DNA of 64,000 bases from Theionarchaea archaeon. GTDB taxonomy: Archaea; Methanobacteriota_B; Thermococci; Methanofastidiosales; SZ-28-30. Positions within the stretch are counted from its first letter, which is position 1. Every line of letters begins with the position of its first letter. Shown here in pieces: positions 28,132 through 38,054 of the stretch. The translations under genes were made by a program, and so were the position numbers. The notes under the pieces were generated by a model. The model worked only from the letters and a program-made list of their open reading frames with translations, was not told where the DNA came from and ran no database searches. Where the stretch lies: contig JACVGT010000018.1 in the NCBI GenBank assembly GCA_018992685.1, positions 64,001-128,000 of the forward strand, given 5' to 3'.

Positions 28132-29379
28132 ATGAATATCCAACTGATTCCTGAGAAGGACCTTCATGACTTTATTACCATAGTGGCCAATGCGTATCCT
28201 AGGATGAAGCTATCTACTCCTGAGGAGAGAGACCGAACCAGGAGTCTGCTTCTCAAACTGCAGAATGAAGAACCCACAACACACATTTACGGATTTTATG
28301 AGGATGGAACCTTAAGGGGAGGAATGATACTCTATGATTTCACTATGACAATGTTTTCAGTGCCTGTCCTCGTTGGAGGAGTCGGCCTGGTAGCGGTGGA
28401 TCTTATCCATAAGAGAGAAAAAGTCTGCAAGGAAATGATCTCCTTCTTCCTTGATTACTATAAGAAAAAGGGGTCTTTCTTAACTTCACTGTATCCATTT
28501 CGCCCTGATTTCTATAAAGAGATGGGATTTGGATTTGGGACGAAAATGCACCAGTACCGTCTTCACCCTGAACAGCTACCTGCCAGAACAAAAGAACACA
28601 TCCACTTCTTGTCCAAGAAGGATACGGCGGCTCTGGTGGACTGTTACAACCGATATGCTGCAACAACACACGGAATGATGAAATTGACCAGCGAGAGAAA
28701 AGTGGAACGGATAATGGAAGATCCTCTTACCCGGATTGTGGGATATAAGACCGGGAATTCCATTCAGGGCTACCTTGTCTTCATGTTCAAGGAAGCTGAG
28801 ACAGAGAATTTTGTCATCAATGACATCAGGGTCAGAGAATTCATTTATGAAACCACAGAGGCCTTCTGGGAATTGTTGACATTTCTTCACAGCCAGAAGG
28901 ATCAAATTCGTTACTGCATGATTAATACCCAAGATGAGTACTTCCACCACGTACTTGATGATCCCCGGTACGGAGAGGACATGCTGATGCCACACATCTA
29001 CCATGAGACTGATCGAGATGGGATTGGCCTCATGTACCGAATCATTGACGTAAAAAGAGCTTTTGAAGTTCTCAAAGATCACAATTTTGGAGGCATAGAC
29101 TGCAGATTGCGTATTGATATCCAGGATGGGTTCTTTCCTGAGAATCAAGGGAGCTACATTGTCCATTTTGAAGAAGGAATTCCTCAACTGGGAAGAAACG
29201 ATTTTGAAGTGAGTATTCACCTTAAAATTTCTGATTTCACGTCCCTGATCATGGGGATTGTTCCTTTTGATAGGTTGTGCACATATGGATTGGCAGAGAT
29301 CTCTGATTCCGGCTATGTAGATGTGGTTACACGTCTTTTTGCATGGGCAGAGAAGCCAGTGTGTACCACAGAGTTTTAA
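28132..29379 (+). CDS. Eis-like GNAT acetyltransferase with SCP2-like C-domain
   Basis: GGVGLVAVD, LYPFRPDFYKEMGFG, MYRIIDV. Confidence 0.88.
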   Translation: MNIQLIPEKDLHDFITIVANAYPRMKLSTPEERDRTRSLLLKLQNEEPTTHIYGFYEDGTLRGGMILYDFTMTMFSVPVLVGGVGLVAVDLIHKREKVCKEMISFFLDYYKKKGSFLTSLYPFRPDFYKEMGFGFGTKMHQYRLHPEQLPARTKEHIHFLSKKDTAALVDCYNRYAATTHGMMKLTSERKVERIMEDPLTRIVGYKTGNSIQGYLVFMFKEAETENFVINDIRVREFIYETTEAFWELLTFLHSQKDQIRYCMINTQDEYFHHVLDDPRYGEDMLMPHIYHETDRDGIGLMYRIIDVKRAFEVLKDHNFGGIDCRLRIDIQDGFFPENQGSYIVHFEEGIPQLGRNDFEVSIHLKISDFTSLIMGIVPFDRLCTYGLAEISDSGYVDVVTRLFAWAEKPVCTTEF

Positions 29380-29463
29380 ATGGAAATTTCAGGCCGGAAG
29401 CGGGACTGATCAGGAAAGGGAGACCACTACTTTAATGGTTTTCCGGAGAAACCTTGAGCAGTC

Positions 29464-30267
29464 CTATCTCCTTTGTGCCTTCAAGACTGTTGAACCCAGC
29501 AACACGCCTCCCAGGACCAGAACGATGGTTGCACCTGAGGGCAAATCACCAACATAGGATATGAACAATCCTGTCACAGTTCCCATGACTCCAATGACCA
29601 CGGATAATATCATCATTTTTTTCACATTGAAGGTGAAATACCTTGCAATTGCCGCAGGCATGGTCAGCAGAGCAATTACCAGGACAACTCCCACCACACG
29701 TATCAGTGCCACAACACTCAGTCCCACCAGGCAGAGCAGAAGCAAATTCAACCACTGGGCAGGAATCCCCACCACCGTGGAGAACTCTTCATCAAAAGAC
29801 AGTCCCACAAACTCCTTATAGAACAGAAAAACACCTCCCAGGATCAAAACATCCAGGATCAGCATCATTATAAGATCCTGCCGTGGGACAGTGAGAATGC
29901 TCCCAAATAGGTAACTGAATAAATCAGGGGCATATCCCTCACTCATGTGAATAAATACCACACCAGATGCCATCCCCAGTGTCCACAATACTCCGACGGC
30001 TGCATCTTCCCCCATGTCTGCTTTCTTGCTCAGCATCCCGATTCCAACTGCTGACATCACACTGAAGGGGATGGCTGCCACAATGGGGCTTATTCCCACA
30101 AGGTACCCCAGGCCAATGCCTCCGAATGCAGCGTGGGCGATTCCCCCACTGATGAAGACGATCTTCCGGATGACTACAAATGTGCCCACCACTCCACATG
30201 CAATGCTCACCAGTGCTGCAGCTGCCAGTGCGTTCCTCATGAATTCATACTCAAGGATTTCAATCAT
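29464..30267 (-). CDS. znuB: Zn/Mn ABC transporter permease
   Basis: GIAHAAFGG, YLFGSIL, SFDEEF, RVVGVVLV, PSGATIV. Confidence 0.9.
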   Translation of the reverse strand: MIEILEYEFMRNALAAAALVSIACGVVGTFVVIRKIVFISGGIAHAAFGGIGLGYLVGISPIVAAIPFSVMSAVGIGMLSKKADMGEDAAVGVLWTLGMASGVVFIHMSEGYAPDLFSYLFGSILTVPRQDLIMMLILDVLILGGVFLFYKEFVGLSFDEEFSTVVGIPAQWLNLLLLCLVGLSVVALIRVVGVVLVIALLTMPAAIARYFTFNVKKMMILSVVIGVMGTVTGLFISYVGDLPSGATIVLVLGGVLLGSTVLKAQRR

Positions 30268-31009
30268 CAGTGTGCCTCCTCAGTACTCGATGAGGTATCC
30301 CGTGGGCTAGAACCTCAACGGGACACTGATACACCTGTTCCAGCTGGTTCAGGGCTCCTTCTGCAGGACCATGATAGTACAGTTTCCGGTTGAGGCAGGC
30401 CACACTGTCCACATATACACTGACCACACTGATATCGTGCGTCACCAGGAGAATGGCCATCTTTTCCTTTAGAGAAGTCAATAACTCATAGAATGCTTTC
30501 CGTGCATCGGGATCAATACTCGCTGTCGGTTCATCAAGTAGCAAGAGCCGGGGCTGACGAACCAGGGCACGAGCCAGAAATACGCGCTGCTGTTCACCTC
30601 CGGAGAGGGTACCGATCCTCCTGTCTTTGAACTTGGCCATCTCCACCGTCCTGAGCGCATCCATAACGACCTCTTTATCCTCTTCAGAATGGGGGGAAAG
30701 AAGACCTTTGTAGCGACCCATTAAGACGACATCAAACACTGAAATGGGAAAGGCACTGTCAAATTGAATGTCCTGGGGCACATACCCGATCTGCTTTCTC
30801 CCAATCTTGGGTGGAGAACCAAAAACAGTCACGGAGCCCTTTGCTGGCTGTATCAAGCCTAGTATGACCTTGAGCAATGTTGTCTTCCCCGCTCCATTGG
30901 GACCAATTATGGACAGAAAATCATGGTCATTGACGACAAGAGATACATCTTCCAGCTGGGGAGAATGATCATAGTACACCCACACATTCAATACTTCTGC
31001 GAGAGACAT
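30260..31009 (-). CDS. znuC: Zn/Mn ABC transporter ATPase
   Basis: GPNGAGKTT, LSGGEQQR, LLLLDEP, VTHD, His-rich tail. Confidence 0.9.
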   Translation of the reverse strand: MSLAEVLNVWVYYDHSPQLEDVSLVVNDHDFLSIIGPNGAGKTTLLKVILGLIQPAKGSVTVFGSPPKIGRKQIGYVPQDIQFDSAFPISVFDVVLMGRYKGLLSPHSEEDKEVVMDALRTVEMAKFKDRRIGTLSGGEQQRVFLARALVRQPRLLLLDEPTASIDPDARKAFYELLTSLKEKMAILLVTHDISVVSVYVDSVACLNRKLYYHGPAEGALNQLEQVYQCPVEVLAHGIPHRVLRRHTDD

Positions 31010-31010
31010 T

Positions 31011-31865
31011 TCACACCTCCATAAAGGCCTGTGCCACTTTGAACAGGTTCTCAACGTAGTTCTTCTCCAGAGGATCTACCAGCACCACCTTCCCGCCGAT
31101 TTCTCTGGCAATAACCTCAGCCGGTTGTCTGTTCACCTGCGGGGATACAAAAATCACTGTAATATGCTCCTTTCTGGCCAGATCGATGAGTCGAGCTATG
31201 TCCTGGGGAGTGGGATCTTTCCCTTCTTTTTCAATAGGAATCTCTTCCAGTCCGTACTCTCTACAGAAATAACCCCATGAAGGATGGTATACTATGAGTT
31301 TGGTGAGAGAAGCAGGAAGAGCTTCCCGTATTCTGTGATCCAGAGTTTCAAGCTCCTGGAGGTATCGTTCCTTGTTTTCTGTGTAATAATCAACAGAGTC
31401 TGGATCGACTGCTACCAGTCCCTGGAATATGTTTTCTACCATGATGGCTGCGTTCCTTGGGGAAAGCCAGACATGAGGATTAGTCCCTCCATGATCGTCA
31501 CCGTCATGATCCCTGGATATGAGTTCTATCCCTTTGCTGCAGTCAATGACAGCCATATCTCTGTTCATGCTGATAATTCTATCCATCCAGCCCAGTTCGA
31601 ACTCTATTCCTGAACCCACAGCACAATACAGAGAAGCTGTGCTGACCTGAATTAACTGGTCAGGCGCAGGTTCATAAGAGTGGGGACTGGCCCCGGGAGG
31701 TATCATGACTGTCACAATAACTCTGTCCCCTCCAACCTTTTCCACAAACTCGGCTTGAGGAAGTATGGAAACGATAACGCCGATTCTTCCGGTGGCTTCA
31801 GGCTGTGGGCCTGACGTGCATCCGGCTGATAAGATCAGTACAATGAGGAGGAGTCGCTTTGTCAT
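31011..31865 (-). CDS. znuA: Zn/Mn ABC substrate-binding lipoprotein
   Basis: Lipobox SAGC; SPHSYEP, NPHVWLSP, YHPSWGYF. Confidence 0.9.
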   Translation of the reverse strand: MTKRLLLIVLILSAGCTSGPQPEATGRIGVIVSILPQAEFVEKVGGDRVIVTVMIPPGASPHSYEPAPDQLIQVSTASLYCAVGSGIEFELGWMDRIISMNRDMAVIDCSKGIELISRDHDGDDHGGTNPHVWLSPRNAAIMVENIFQGLVAVDPDSVDYYTENKERYLQELETLDHRIREALPASLTKLIVYHPSWGYFCREYGLEEIPIEKEGKDPTPQDIARLIDLARKEHITVIFVSPQVNRQPAEVIAREIGGKVVLVDPLEKNYVENLFKVAQAFMEV

Positions 31866-32055
31866 ATTACCATATATATAAAGTGTTATTAGTATATAAG
31901 GATTTGGACAATAATCTTTATGATGAATGCATCATTATCTTAATAAGGCAAAAAGTGAAGAAGAGTTGTCCATAGCGAACGGAGGCAAGAATCGAGACAC
32001 AATCCCATCAGAATGCAACGGTTAACCTTTTATACCCTGTGATGTACCGTATGGT

Positions 32056-32439
32056 ATGCCTGTGGTCAGTATTTCAGTAAATGAGAAAATGCTGGAGGAG
32101 ATAGACAGAATACAGGAGAAACTGGGATTCTCCGGAAGATCTGAAGTGATCAGGGCAGGAGTCCGCATGCTGATTGCTGACACGAGGGAGAAGGAAAAAT
32201 TCACTGGTGAAATCAATTCAATACTGCTGCTTGTTCATCACCAGGACGTGGAAAGCGTGGTAACCCAGATAAAACATAACTTCGAGGATATCACGACTAC
32301 TCAGGTTCACAGTCATTTAAAGGGTGGGAAATGTTTGGAAATCTTCATCCTGGATGGAGAGGCTGAGAGGATAGAAGAATTGGCTGGATTTTTCCTCACC
32401 AGTGGGAAAATGGAATATGTTAAACTGATTGTCGCTTGA
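32056..32439 (+). CDS. NikR-family RHH metalloregulator
   Basis: VSISV...GRSEVIRAG RHH; HSHL...CLEIF metal-binding region; divergent from znuA. Confidence 0.88.
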   Translation: MPVVSISVNEKMLEEIDRIQEKLGFSGRSEVIRAGVRMLIADTREKEKFTGEINSILLLVHHQDVESVVTQIKHNFEDITTTQVHSHLKGGKCLEIFILDGEAERIEELAGFFLTSGKMEYVKLIVA

Positions 32440-32482
32440 GGGCTGGGGAACATGGCGATGTGTTGTAACCAGAGGTGATTTC

Positions 32483-33124
32483 TTGAACTGGAGGTCTGCC
32501 TGGAACCTTATGATACTGTGGTTCGGTGCTGCATGTCTCATACTTGCTACTGCAAAAGAATGGTCTGTGGTTCTGTTTGCAGTAACGTATGGACTGGGAT
32601 TTGGTGGAATTTGCTACGTACTGCGAAAAAGGGTGAGAAAGCGTCTTATGGACTTACATCTCAAGAATTATGGTGGATTCTTGGTGACCACTGTCCTCAT
32701 TACTGTGGGAGAAGAAACGTACTGCTATGCTCTTGGCAATAGAATTGCTCATCCTGTTCTGTGGGTTGATCTTCTCATGGTGACGATCTTTTGGTCAGTG
32801 TGGTTTGGCACATGGTATTTCTTTCTTTCCAGGTGGTATCAGTTCCAGGAAAAGGAAGCGCTAATGACAGCAGGGTGCACAGGGATTTTGTATGAATTCG
32901 TGGGTACTGGAGCAATCCTGGAGAATCCTGGAGGATTCCTGCTGATCACACCCCTTGCTGTGGTGGTCTACGCCGCCATTTTCGTCCTACCTCTGCAGTT
33001 TCTGGACTTTTCTGGAAAACGAACGGGCTCTTCAAAATACATGGTCGGAATTTTCCTCCCTTTCTTTCTGACAGTTCCTGCAGCACTTGGATTGTATGTG
33101 ATATTTTCCGTCCTTGGCATCTAG
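32483..33124 (+). CDS. Hypothetical multi-pass membrane protein
   Basis: About 7 TM segments, EET and YE motifs; TTG start after RBS GAGGTGA. Confidence 0.7.
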   Translation: MNWRSAWNLMILWFGAACLILATAKEWSVVLFAVTYGLGFGGICYVLRKRVRKRLMDLHLKNYGGFLVTTVLITVGEETYCYALGNRIAHPVLWVDLLMVTIFWSVWFGTWYFFLSRWYQFQEKEALMTAGCTGILYEFVGTGAILENPGGFLLITPLAVVVYAAIFVLPLQFLDFSGKRTGSSKYMVGIFLPFFLTVPAALGLYVIFSVLGI

Positions 33125-33342
33125 AGTGCATTTTACGGAAACCTGCAATCTCCCTTCTTGTACATTTTTACAGATGAAATCGAAGCCAGTCGGTAGTGGT
33201 CCGATTCCAGATGGGAAGAGTGCTCCCTGAGAGATGTGATCGGGAAAAAATGTGCCAGTTATCGTCTATGAGACCTGTGAACCTCTCGAATTATCAGTAC
33301 GTATTCAGCAGGATATATAAACTATCAATCATATTGTAAGAG

Positions 33343-33936
33343 GTGATGACTATGAGCAAAGGCACACCAAGAGTTGGAGAAGAATTCAGACCTGCTTCAC
33401 AGCTTCAAAAGCTGTATTTCATATATCTCATTCTGGTCATACTTCTGGCATTCGTGTGGTGGTGGATTCTTGTCTTGGTACTGGTTCCCTTTGTTGCAGT
33501 CCTGGTAAGCATTCCTTTCTGTGCTGCCTTTGGGTTTACTGCATACTGGATTCCCAAGTACTATTCCACAATTCGGTACACGATGACAGAGAATGAGGTT
33601 CGATGGCTGAGAGGAGTGTGGTTCAGGAAGACAGGAATTGTTCCCTACAACAGGATCACGAATGTAGACATATCACAGGGACCACTATCCAGGAGACTGG
33701 GCATTGCGTCTTTGAGGATACAAACGGCAGGGTATTCCGGTCAATCTGGAGGAATGGGTACTGCAGAACTGCATCTGGATGGCATTGAACAGTACGAAGA
33801 ACTGCAGGAAGTCCTAGTGGAATATGTGCGTGGCAGGAAGCCTGTGGCGGTGGAAACATATGAACCTGAGGGTATACAGGGAAAGATGTTGGAGGAATTG
33901 ACCAGGATTCGAACCTTACTGGAGAAGTCTTCCTAG
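33343..33936 (+). CDS. Membrane protein with bacterial PH (bPH_2) domain
   Basis: Two TMs then RGVWFRKTGIVPYNRITNVDISQGPL...IQTAG. Confidence 0.85.
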   Translation: MMTMSKGTPRVGEEFRPASQLQKLYFIYLILVILLAFVWWWILVLVLVPFVAVLVSIPFCAAFGFTAYWIPKYYSTIRYTMTENEVRWLRGVWFRKTGIVPYNRITNVDISQGPLSRRLGIASLRIQTAGYSGQSGGMGTAELHLDGIEQYEELQEVLVEYVRGRKPVAVETYEPEGIQGKMLEELTRIRTLLEKSS

Positions 33937-33981
33937 TGTAGTATTTTGGAGAACCTGATGACTGCAGGAGCTTCTGGGAAT

Positions 33982-34917
33982 TCAAAGTCCACAGATGAAT
34001 TCTTTTTCAAAGTCAAAAAGAATTCCTTTCTCTTCTTTATAATGAAGTTCCAACTTCCTTTGTGTGGTAATTTCACCCATGATGCTAACTGAGATGTCAC
34101 GATCTCTGAATATTTGAGTCACTTCATCTACATGAATGGGGTTCACAGTAAGAATGAATCCGTAACCAGGGTACATTTTCACAAAAGTGGTGATGTCTAT
34201 CGGGGAGGGTATGGACTCTACATCTACAAGAGCACCTACTTTACTGGTTTCCAGCAACATGCCAAGAGACCCCAGTATTCCTGGGTTGGAAACGTCCTTG
34301 CAGGCTGTGGCCAGCCCCTTCTCAGCAATGACGGGTAATGCCTCAAGTCGGTACAGGACTTCTTTGGTGGTCTTCATACTGGTTGAATCCCAGTTTAGAT
34401 AGGTCTTGTATTGCTTCCCTTCTAAATCAATAGCCAGAATAACCGTGTCCCCCGGACGTGCATCGAAGCTGGTGAGAACCTTTCTTGCCTTCCCGAGAAT
34501 GGAAACGGCCACAGAGGTAGGTGCATCTGGGTGCACATGACCCCCCACCATGGGAACCGCAAACTTCTGGCAGGCAGTCTCAATTCCTTCCAGGAGCTCT
34601 TCTGCCTCCTCTTCTTTGAGAGACAGAACATTGACCATGGCCACGGGTACACCTCCCATGGCGTAGATGTCATTGACGTTAACGAGGACTGAACAGTACC
34701 CTGCCCAGAAAGGATCTCCTCCCAGCCTCCACCAGATACCATCTGAAGCAAACAACAGGTAGTAATCTTCCCAGGGGAGGATAGCTGCATCGTCTCCCAG
34801 CATGGTCGGAATTCCTGCCAAGGATGCACTCTCCTTAAGCCGTGTCACATGCTGTACTGCTTTCTTCCGGGTCAATCCCTCATAGTCCTTTATATCCTCT
34901 ATCAACCTGTTCAACAT
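33982..34917 (-). CDS. AIR synthase-like (PurM/ThiL/SelD fold) protein, methanogenesis marker 2 / sll0787-like
   Basis: GDDAA, VNVNDIYAMGG, VGGH, KDVSNPG, YPGYGF. Confidence 0.82.
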   Translation of the reverse strand: MLNRLIEDIKDYEGLTRKKAVQHVTRLKESASLAGIPTMLGDDAAILPWEDYYLLFASDGIWWRLGGDPFWAGYCSVLVNVNDIYAMGGVPVAMVNVLSLKEEEAEELLEGIETACQKFAVPMVGGHVHPDAPTSVAVSILGKARKVLTSFDARPGDTVILAIDLEGKQYKTYLNWDSTSMKTTKEVLYRLEALPVIAEKGLATACKDVSNPGILGSLGMLLETSKVGALVDVESIPSPIDITTFVKMYPGYGFILTVNPIHVDEVTQIFRDRDISVSIMGEITTQRKLELHYKEEKGILFDFEKEFICGL

Positions 34918-35650
34918 ATTCTTCCTCTAGCTCCTTTAAAATTTCTTTCCTCACGGAAACGAATTCAGGAGACGTGCGATCACGCTCCCTTTCCAGATCT
35001 ATGAGGAATTCTTCTTTTACCGTGGCCGGCCTCCTGGTGAGAACCATGACTCTGTCTGCCAGAAAGACTGCTTCATCCACATTATGCGTAATAAACAAGA
35101 TGGTCTTGTGTGTCTTATTCCAGATTCTCAGGAGCTCTTTCTGCAACATGTTCCTGGTCTGAGCATCCAGTGACACGAAAGGTTCATCCATGAGCAAAAT
35201 CTCCGGATCAGTAGCGAGGGCTCTGGCAATGGCCACCTTTTTCTGCATCCCCCCTGAAAGTTCGTGAGGGTATGCGTGCTCGAATCCCTGCAGTAGGAAG
35301 AGATCCAGGAGTGATGCCACAATGTCGTCCATTTCTTTCCTGGGTTTCTTCTGGATTCTCAATCCAAATTCCATATTCCCCTTGACTGTCAGAAACGGGA
35401 AGAGAGAAAACTCTTGGAAAACATATCCGATTTTTGGATTGATCCCCTGTGACAGCCTCCCGTCAATGCGTATTTTGCCTTCATACGTTCTCAACCCTGC
35501 TATGCACTTGAGCAAGGTAGTCTTTCCACACCCTGACGGCCCTACCAGGCACATAAATTGCCCTTTCTTCACGGACAGAGATACAGCCTCCAGGATGGGG
35601 AGCTCACCAATGGTCTTGGCAACTTGTTCCAGTGTGATCATGGTCGCCAC
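34880..35650 (-). CDS. Nitrate/sulfonate-type ABC ATPase
   Basis: GPSGCGKTT, YPHELSGGMQ, LLMDEPF, ITHNVDEA. Confidence 0.92.
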   Translation of the reverse strand: MATMITLEQVAKTIGELPILEAVSLSVKKGQFMCLVGPSGCGKTTLLKCIAGLRTYEGKIRIDGRLSQGINPKIGYVFQEFSLFPFLTVKGNMEFGLRIQKKPRKEMDDIVASLLDLFLLQGFEHAYPHELSGGMQKKVAIARALATDPEILLMDEPFVSLDAQTRNMLQKELLRIWNKTHKTILFITHNVDEAVFLADRVMVLTRRPATVKEEFLIDLERERDRTSPEFVSVRKEILKELEEEYVEQVDRGYKGL

Positions 35651-36372
35651 CTCACCAGTCGTTTCTCCAGCTGTCTGAGTGCTATATTCATTGCATACCC
35701 GATGACTCCTATTGCAATCATACCTGCCATCACGGTATCTGCCCTTCCAAGATCACGTGCTTCCATTATCAGATACCCTAACCCCAGAGGAGGGTTTAGC
35801 CCAGTGAGTTCTGCAGCCACCAGGCACATCCAGGCTATCCCCAATCCAATCCTCAACCCTTCCAGAATAGAAGGAAAGGAATTCGGAAGGATGATATTCC
35901 GGAGAATTTGACTATCACTGGCTCCCAAAACCCTGCCTGCTTCAACAAGATATGGTTCTGTCTCCCGCACACCAAGGAGAGCATTGCTGAGAATGGGGAA
36001 AAACGCCCCGATAAATATGATAAAGGCTTTTGACTGAAATCCAATGCCAAACCACAGCATGGCCAGAGGAATCCAGGCCAGGGGCGGGATGGGTCGCAGC
36101 ATCTCGATGATGACAGAGAGATTCTCCATTTTCGGGAACCATCCCATCAACACTCCCAGAGGCAGCCCAACGGCAAGTGCCAGGAGGAACCCGGCCAGAA
36201 CCCGGGCCAGACTTACAGCAGCGTGCCGAAACAGGGCGCCTGAACTCAGTAAGTTCCAGAACGTCGTTCCCACATGGAGAGGACTCGGCAGAAACCGGCT
36301 GTTTGCCAGTACTGCCACCACCTCCCAGACTACAACAAAAACAAAAACTATGAACACCTTGTGTGTTCTCAT
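35638..36372 (-). CDS. Nitrate/sulfonate-type ABC permease
   Basis: RPIPPLAWIP, EAGRVLGA, LVAAEL. Confidence 0.92.
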   Translation of the reverse strand: MRTHKVFIVFVFVVVWEVVAVLANSRFLPSPLHVGTTFWNLLSSGALFRHAAVSLARVLAGFLLALAVGLPLGVLMGWFPKMENLSVIIEMLRPIPPLAWIPLAMLWFGIGFQSKAFIIFIGAFFPILSNALLGVRETEPYLVEAGRVLGASDSQILRNIILPNSFPSILEGLRIGLGIAWMCLVAAELTGLNPPLGLGYLIMEARDLGRADTVMAGMIAIGVIGYAMNIALRQLEKRLVRWRP

Positions 36373-36376
36373 GTTC

Positions 36377-37336
36377 TCAACTCACGACAAGTGCCGATCC
36401 CTCATTATTTGCTCCTGCCAGTATCACAATGGGAATTCCGAGGTTCAGCCGCTTGGTGGTGGCGGGTGCAATACCCAGGTAACCCATGTCAATGTCCTGC
36501 GAACCGAAGGCATCCATCTCCTGGGGACCTGCAGAAAAGACATAGAGTTCTACAGTGAGCCCGAATTCTTCAAAGTACCCTTGGTCTAGGGCGACAAACA
36601 GGGCAAGCTGGTGCAAATCAGCTCTCAGGTACCCCATCCGAACTATCCTATCCAGGTTCGAACATGAGTACGCTGCAGCTTCCTCAATCAGCTGTGAATT
36701 GACGAATTCACCCAGAAATGTATCCATGTCACCCACGTCATCAGAAGACACGTACTCCATTTCCAGTAGCTGTTCAAGGTAATCCTTTATTCCTGCATAG
36801 TTGGGTTCATATACATATTCAATGGTCTGCACAGCCTGGCTGACTACCTCTTCAGACATCCCTGTGAAATCCACCCCGATCCTTATTGCTTCCTGAGGAT
36901 TCTCCAGTATGAAGGCAGTGGCTCTCATGTGAGAGGCCAGGACAGCGAGAACAACATCTTTATTCTCTGCGAGGTACTCCTTCTGAACAGCCAGCACACA
37001 GCAGGGATGATGGGGCCAGATCTCCCGGGAGGTTACCAGTAGCATGTGTTCACCTTCCACAACGGCACGAGCGGGATATGGCTCCCAGGCAATGAACCCA
37101 TCAATGCCACCACTCTCTAACGTTTGGATCATTTCAGGGGGTCCCACAATTATTGTGGTAGCCGTTATGTTATTGTCTCTAAGAAATCTCTGCAATAGAA
37201 AATCCTGCACGGTAGCTTTTCCGGGGATCGCTATTGTCTTGCCGTTCAAATCATCGATGGACTGAATCCCTCCTTCCTGCTGAGAGAGACAGCCCACCAC
37301 TAGAATCACGAGAAGAAGACTGCAAATCTTCTTCAA
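36377..37336 (-). CDS. SsuA/NrtA/NMT1-type substrate-binding lipoprotein, circularly permuted
   Basis: Lipobox VVGC then GIQSIDDLNGKTIA (normally mid-protein); VRMGYL...EGSALVVS (normally N-terminal) is at the C-terminus. Confidence 0.85.
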   Translation of the reverse strand: MKKICSLLLVILVVGCLSQQEGGIQSIDDLNGKTIAIPGKATVQDFLLQRFLRDNNITATTIIVGPPEMIQTLESGGIDGFIAWEPYPARAVVEGEHMLLVTSREIWPHHPCCVLAVQKEYLAENKDVVLAVLASHMRATAFILENPQEAIRIGVDFTGMSEEVVSQAVQTIEYVYEPNYAGIKDYLEQLLEMEYVSSDDVGDMDTFLGEFVNSQLIEEAAAYSCSNLDRIVRMGYLRADLHQLALFVALDQGYFEEFGLTVELYVFSAGPQEMDAFGSQDIDMGYLGIAPATTKRLNLGIPIVILAGANNEGSALVVS

Positions 37337-37340
37337 TCAA

Positions 37341-38054
37341 TCACTCCCGTAGTTGGTCAATGTACTTCTTGACTTCGTCGTCTGACATCTTCTTGAACTT
37401 TCTGTCCTTGATCAACGCCATCTCAATGTTTCCTTTGACCAGTGCCTCCACAGAAGGCTTCAGGGCTTTGAGAGCCAGGACAATGCTCTCATCCATGGTG
37501 ATATCGTCCCTGAATTCTGCCTCGAAGACATCCTGAGCACTGGTTCTGCCAGAACCGATGGCCGAGGCTTTCCAGCCCAGGTACCCTCCGCTGGGGTCTG
37601 TGACAAAGAGTTCAGGTTCGTCATTGACACCTGCAATGATGAGGGAAGCGCCGAAGGGTCTGAGTCCTCCATACTGAGTATGCATCTGCATGAGGTCTCC
37701 AATCTTCTTGCACAGAAGGGCAACAGAGATATCTTCATCGTAAGTTAGCCGGTGAATCTGCGCTTCCAGTCGTGCTCTTTCCACCAACTGGCGAGCGTCA
37801 GCAATCATCCCTGAGGCTGCTGTCCCGATGTGAGTATCCACCTGGAAGATCTTCTCAAAGGATTCAGGCTGCACCAGCTTTGAAGGGATTCGCTTGTCCA
37901 CAGCCAGTACAATGCCTTCCTCGCACTTTACACCCAGAGCTGTTGCACCTCGCTTCACCGCCTCTGAAGCATAGTTTACCTGATACAGCGATCCGTCTGG
38001 ACTGAAAACAGTGATAGCCATGTCATATCCAATACCGCGTGGTCTAAACGCCAT
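37341..38054 (-). CDS. psmA: 20S proteasome alpha subunit
   Basis: [32 protein letters not shown]. Confidence 0.95.
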   Translation of the reverse strand: MAFRPRGIGYDMAITVFSPDGSLYQVNYASEAVKRGATALGVKCEEGIVLAVDKRIPSKLVQPESFEKIFQVDTHIGTAASGMIADARQLVERARLEAQIHRLTYDEDISVALLCKKIGDLMQMHTQYGGLRPFGASLIIAGVNDEPELFVTDPSGGYLGWKASAIGSGRTSAQDVFEAEFRDDITMDESIVLALKALKPSVEALVKGNIEMALIKDRKFKKMSDDEVKKYIDQLRE

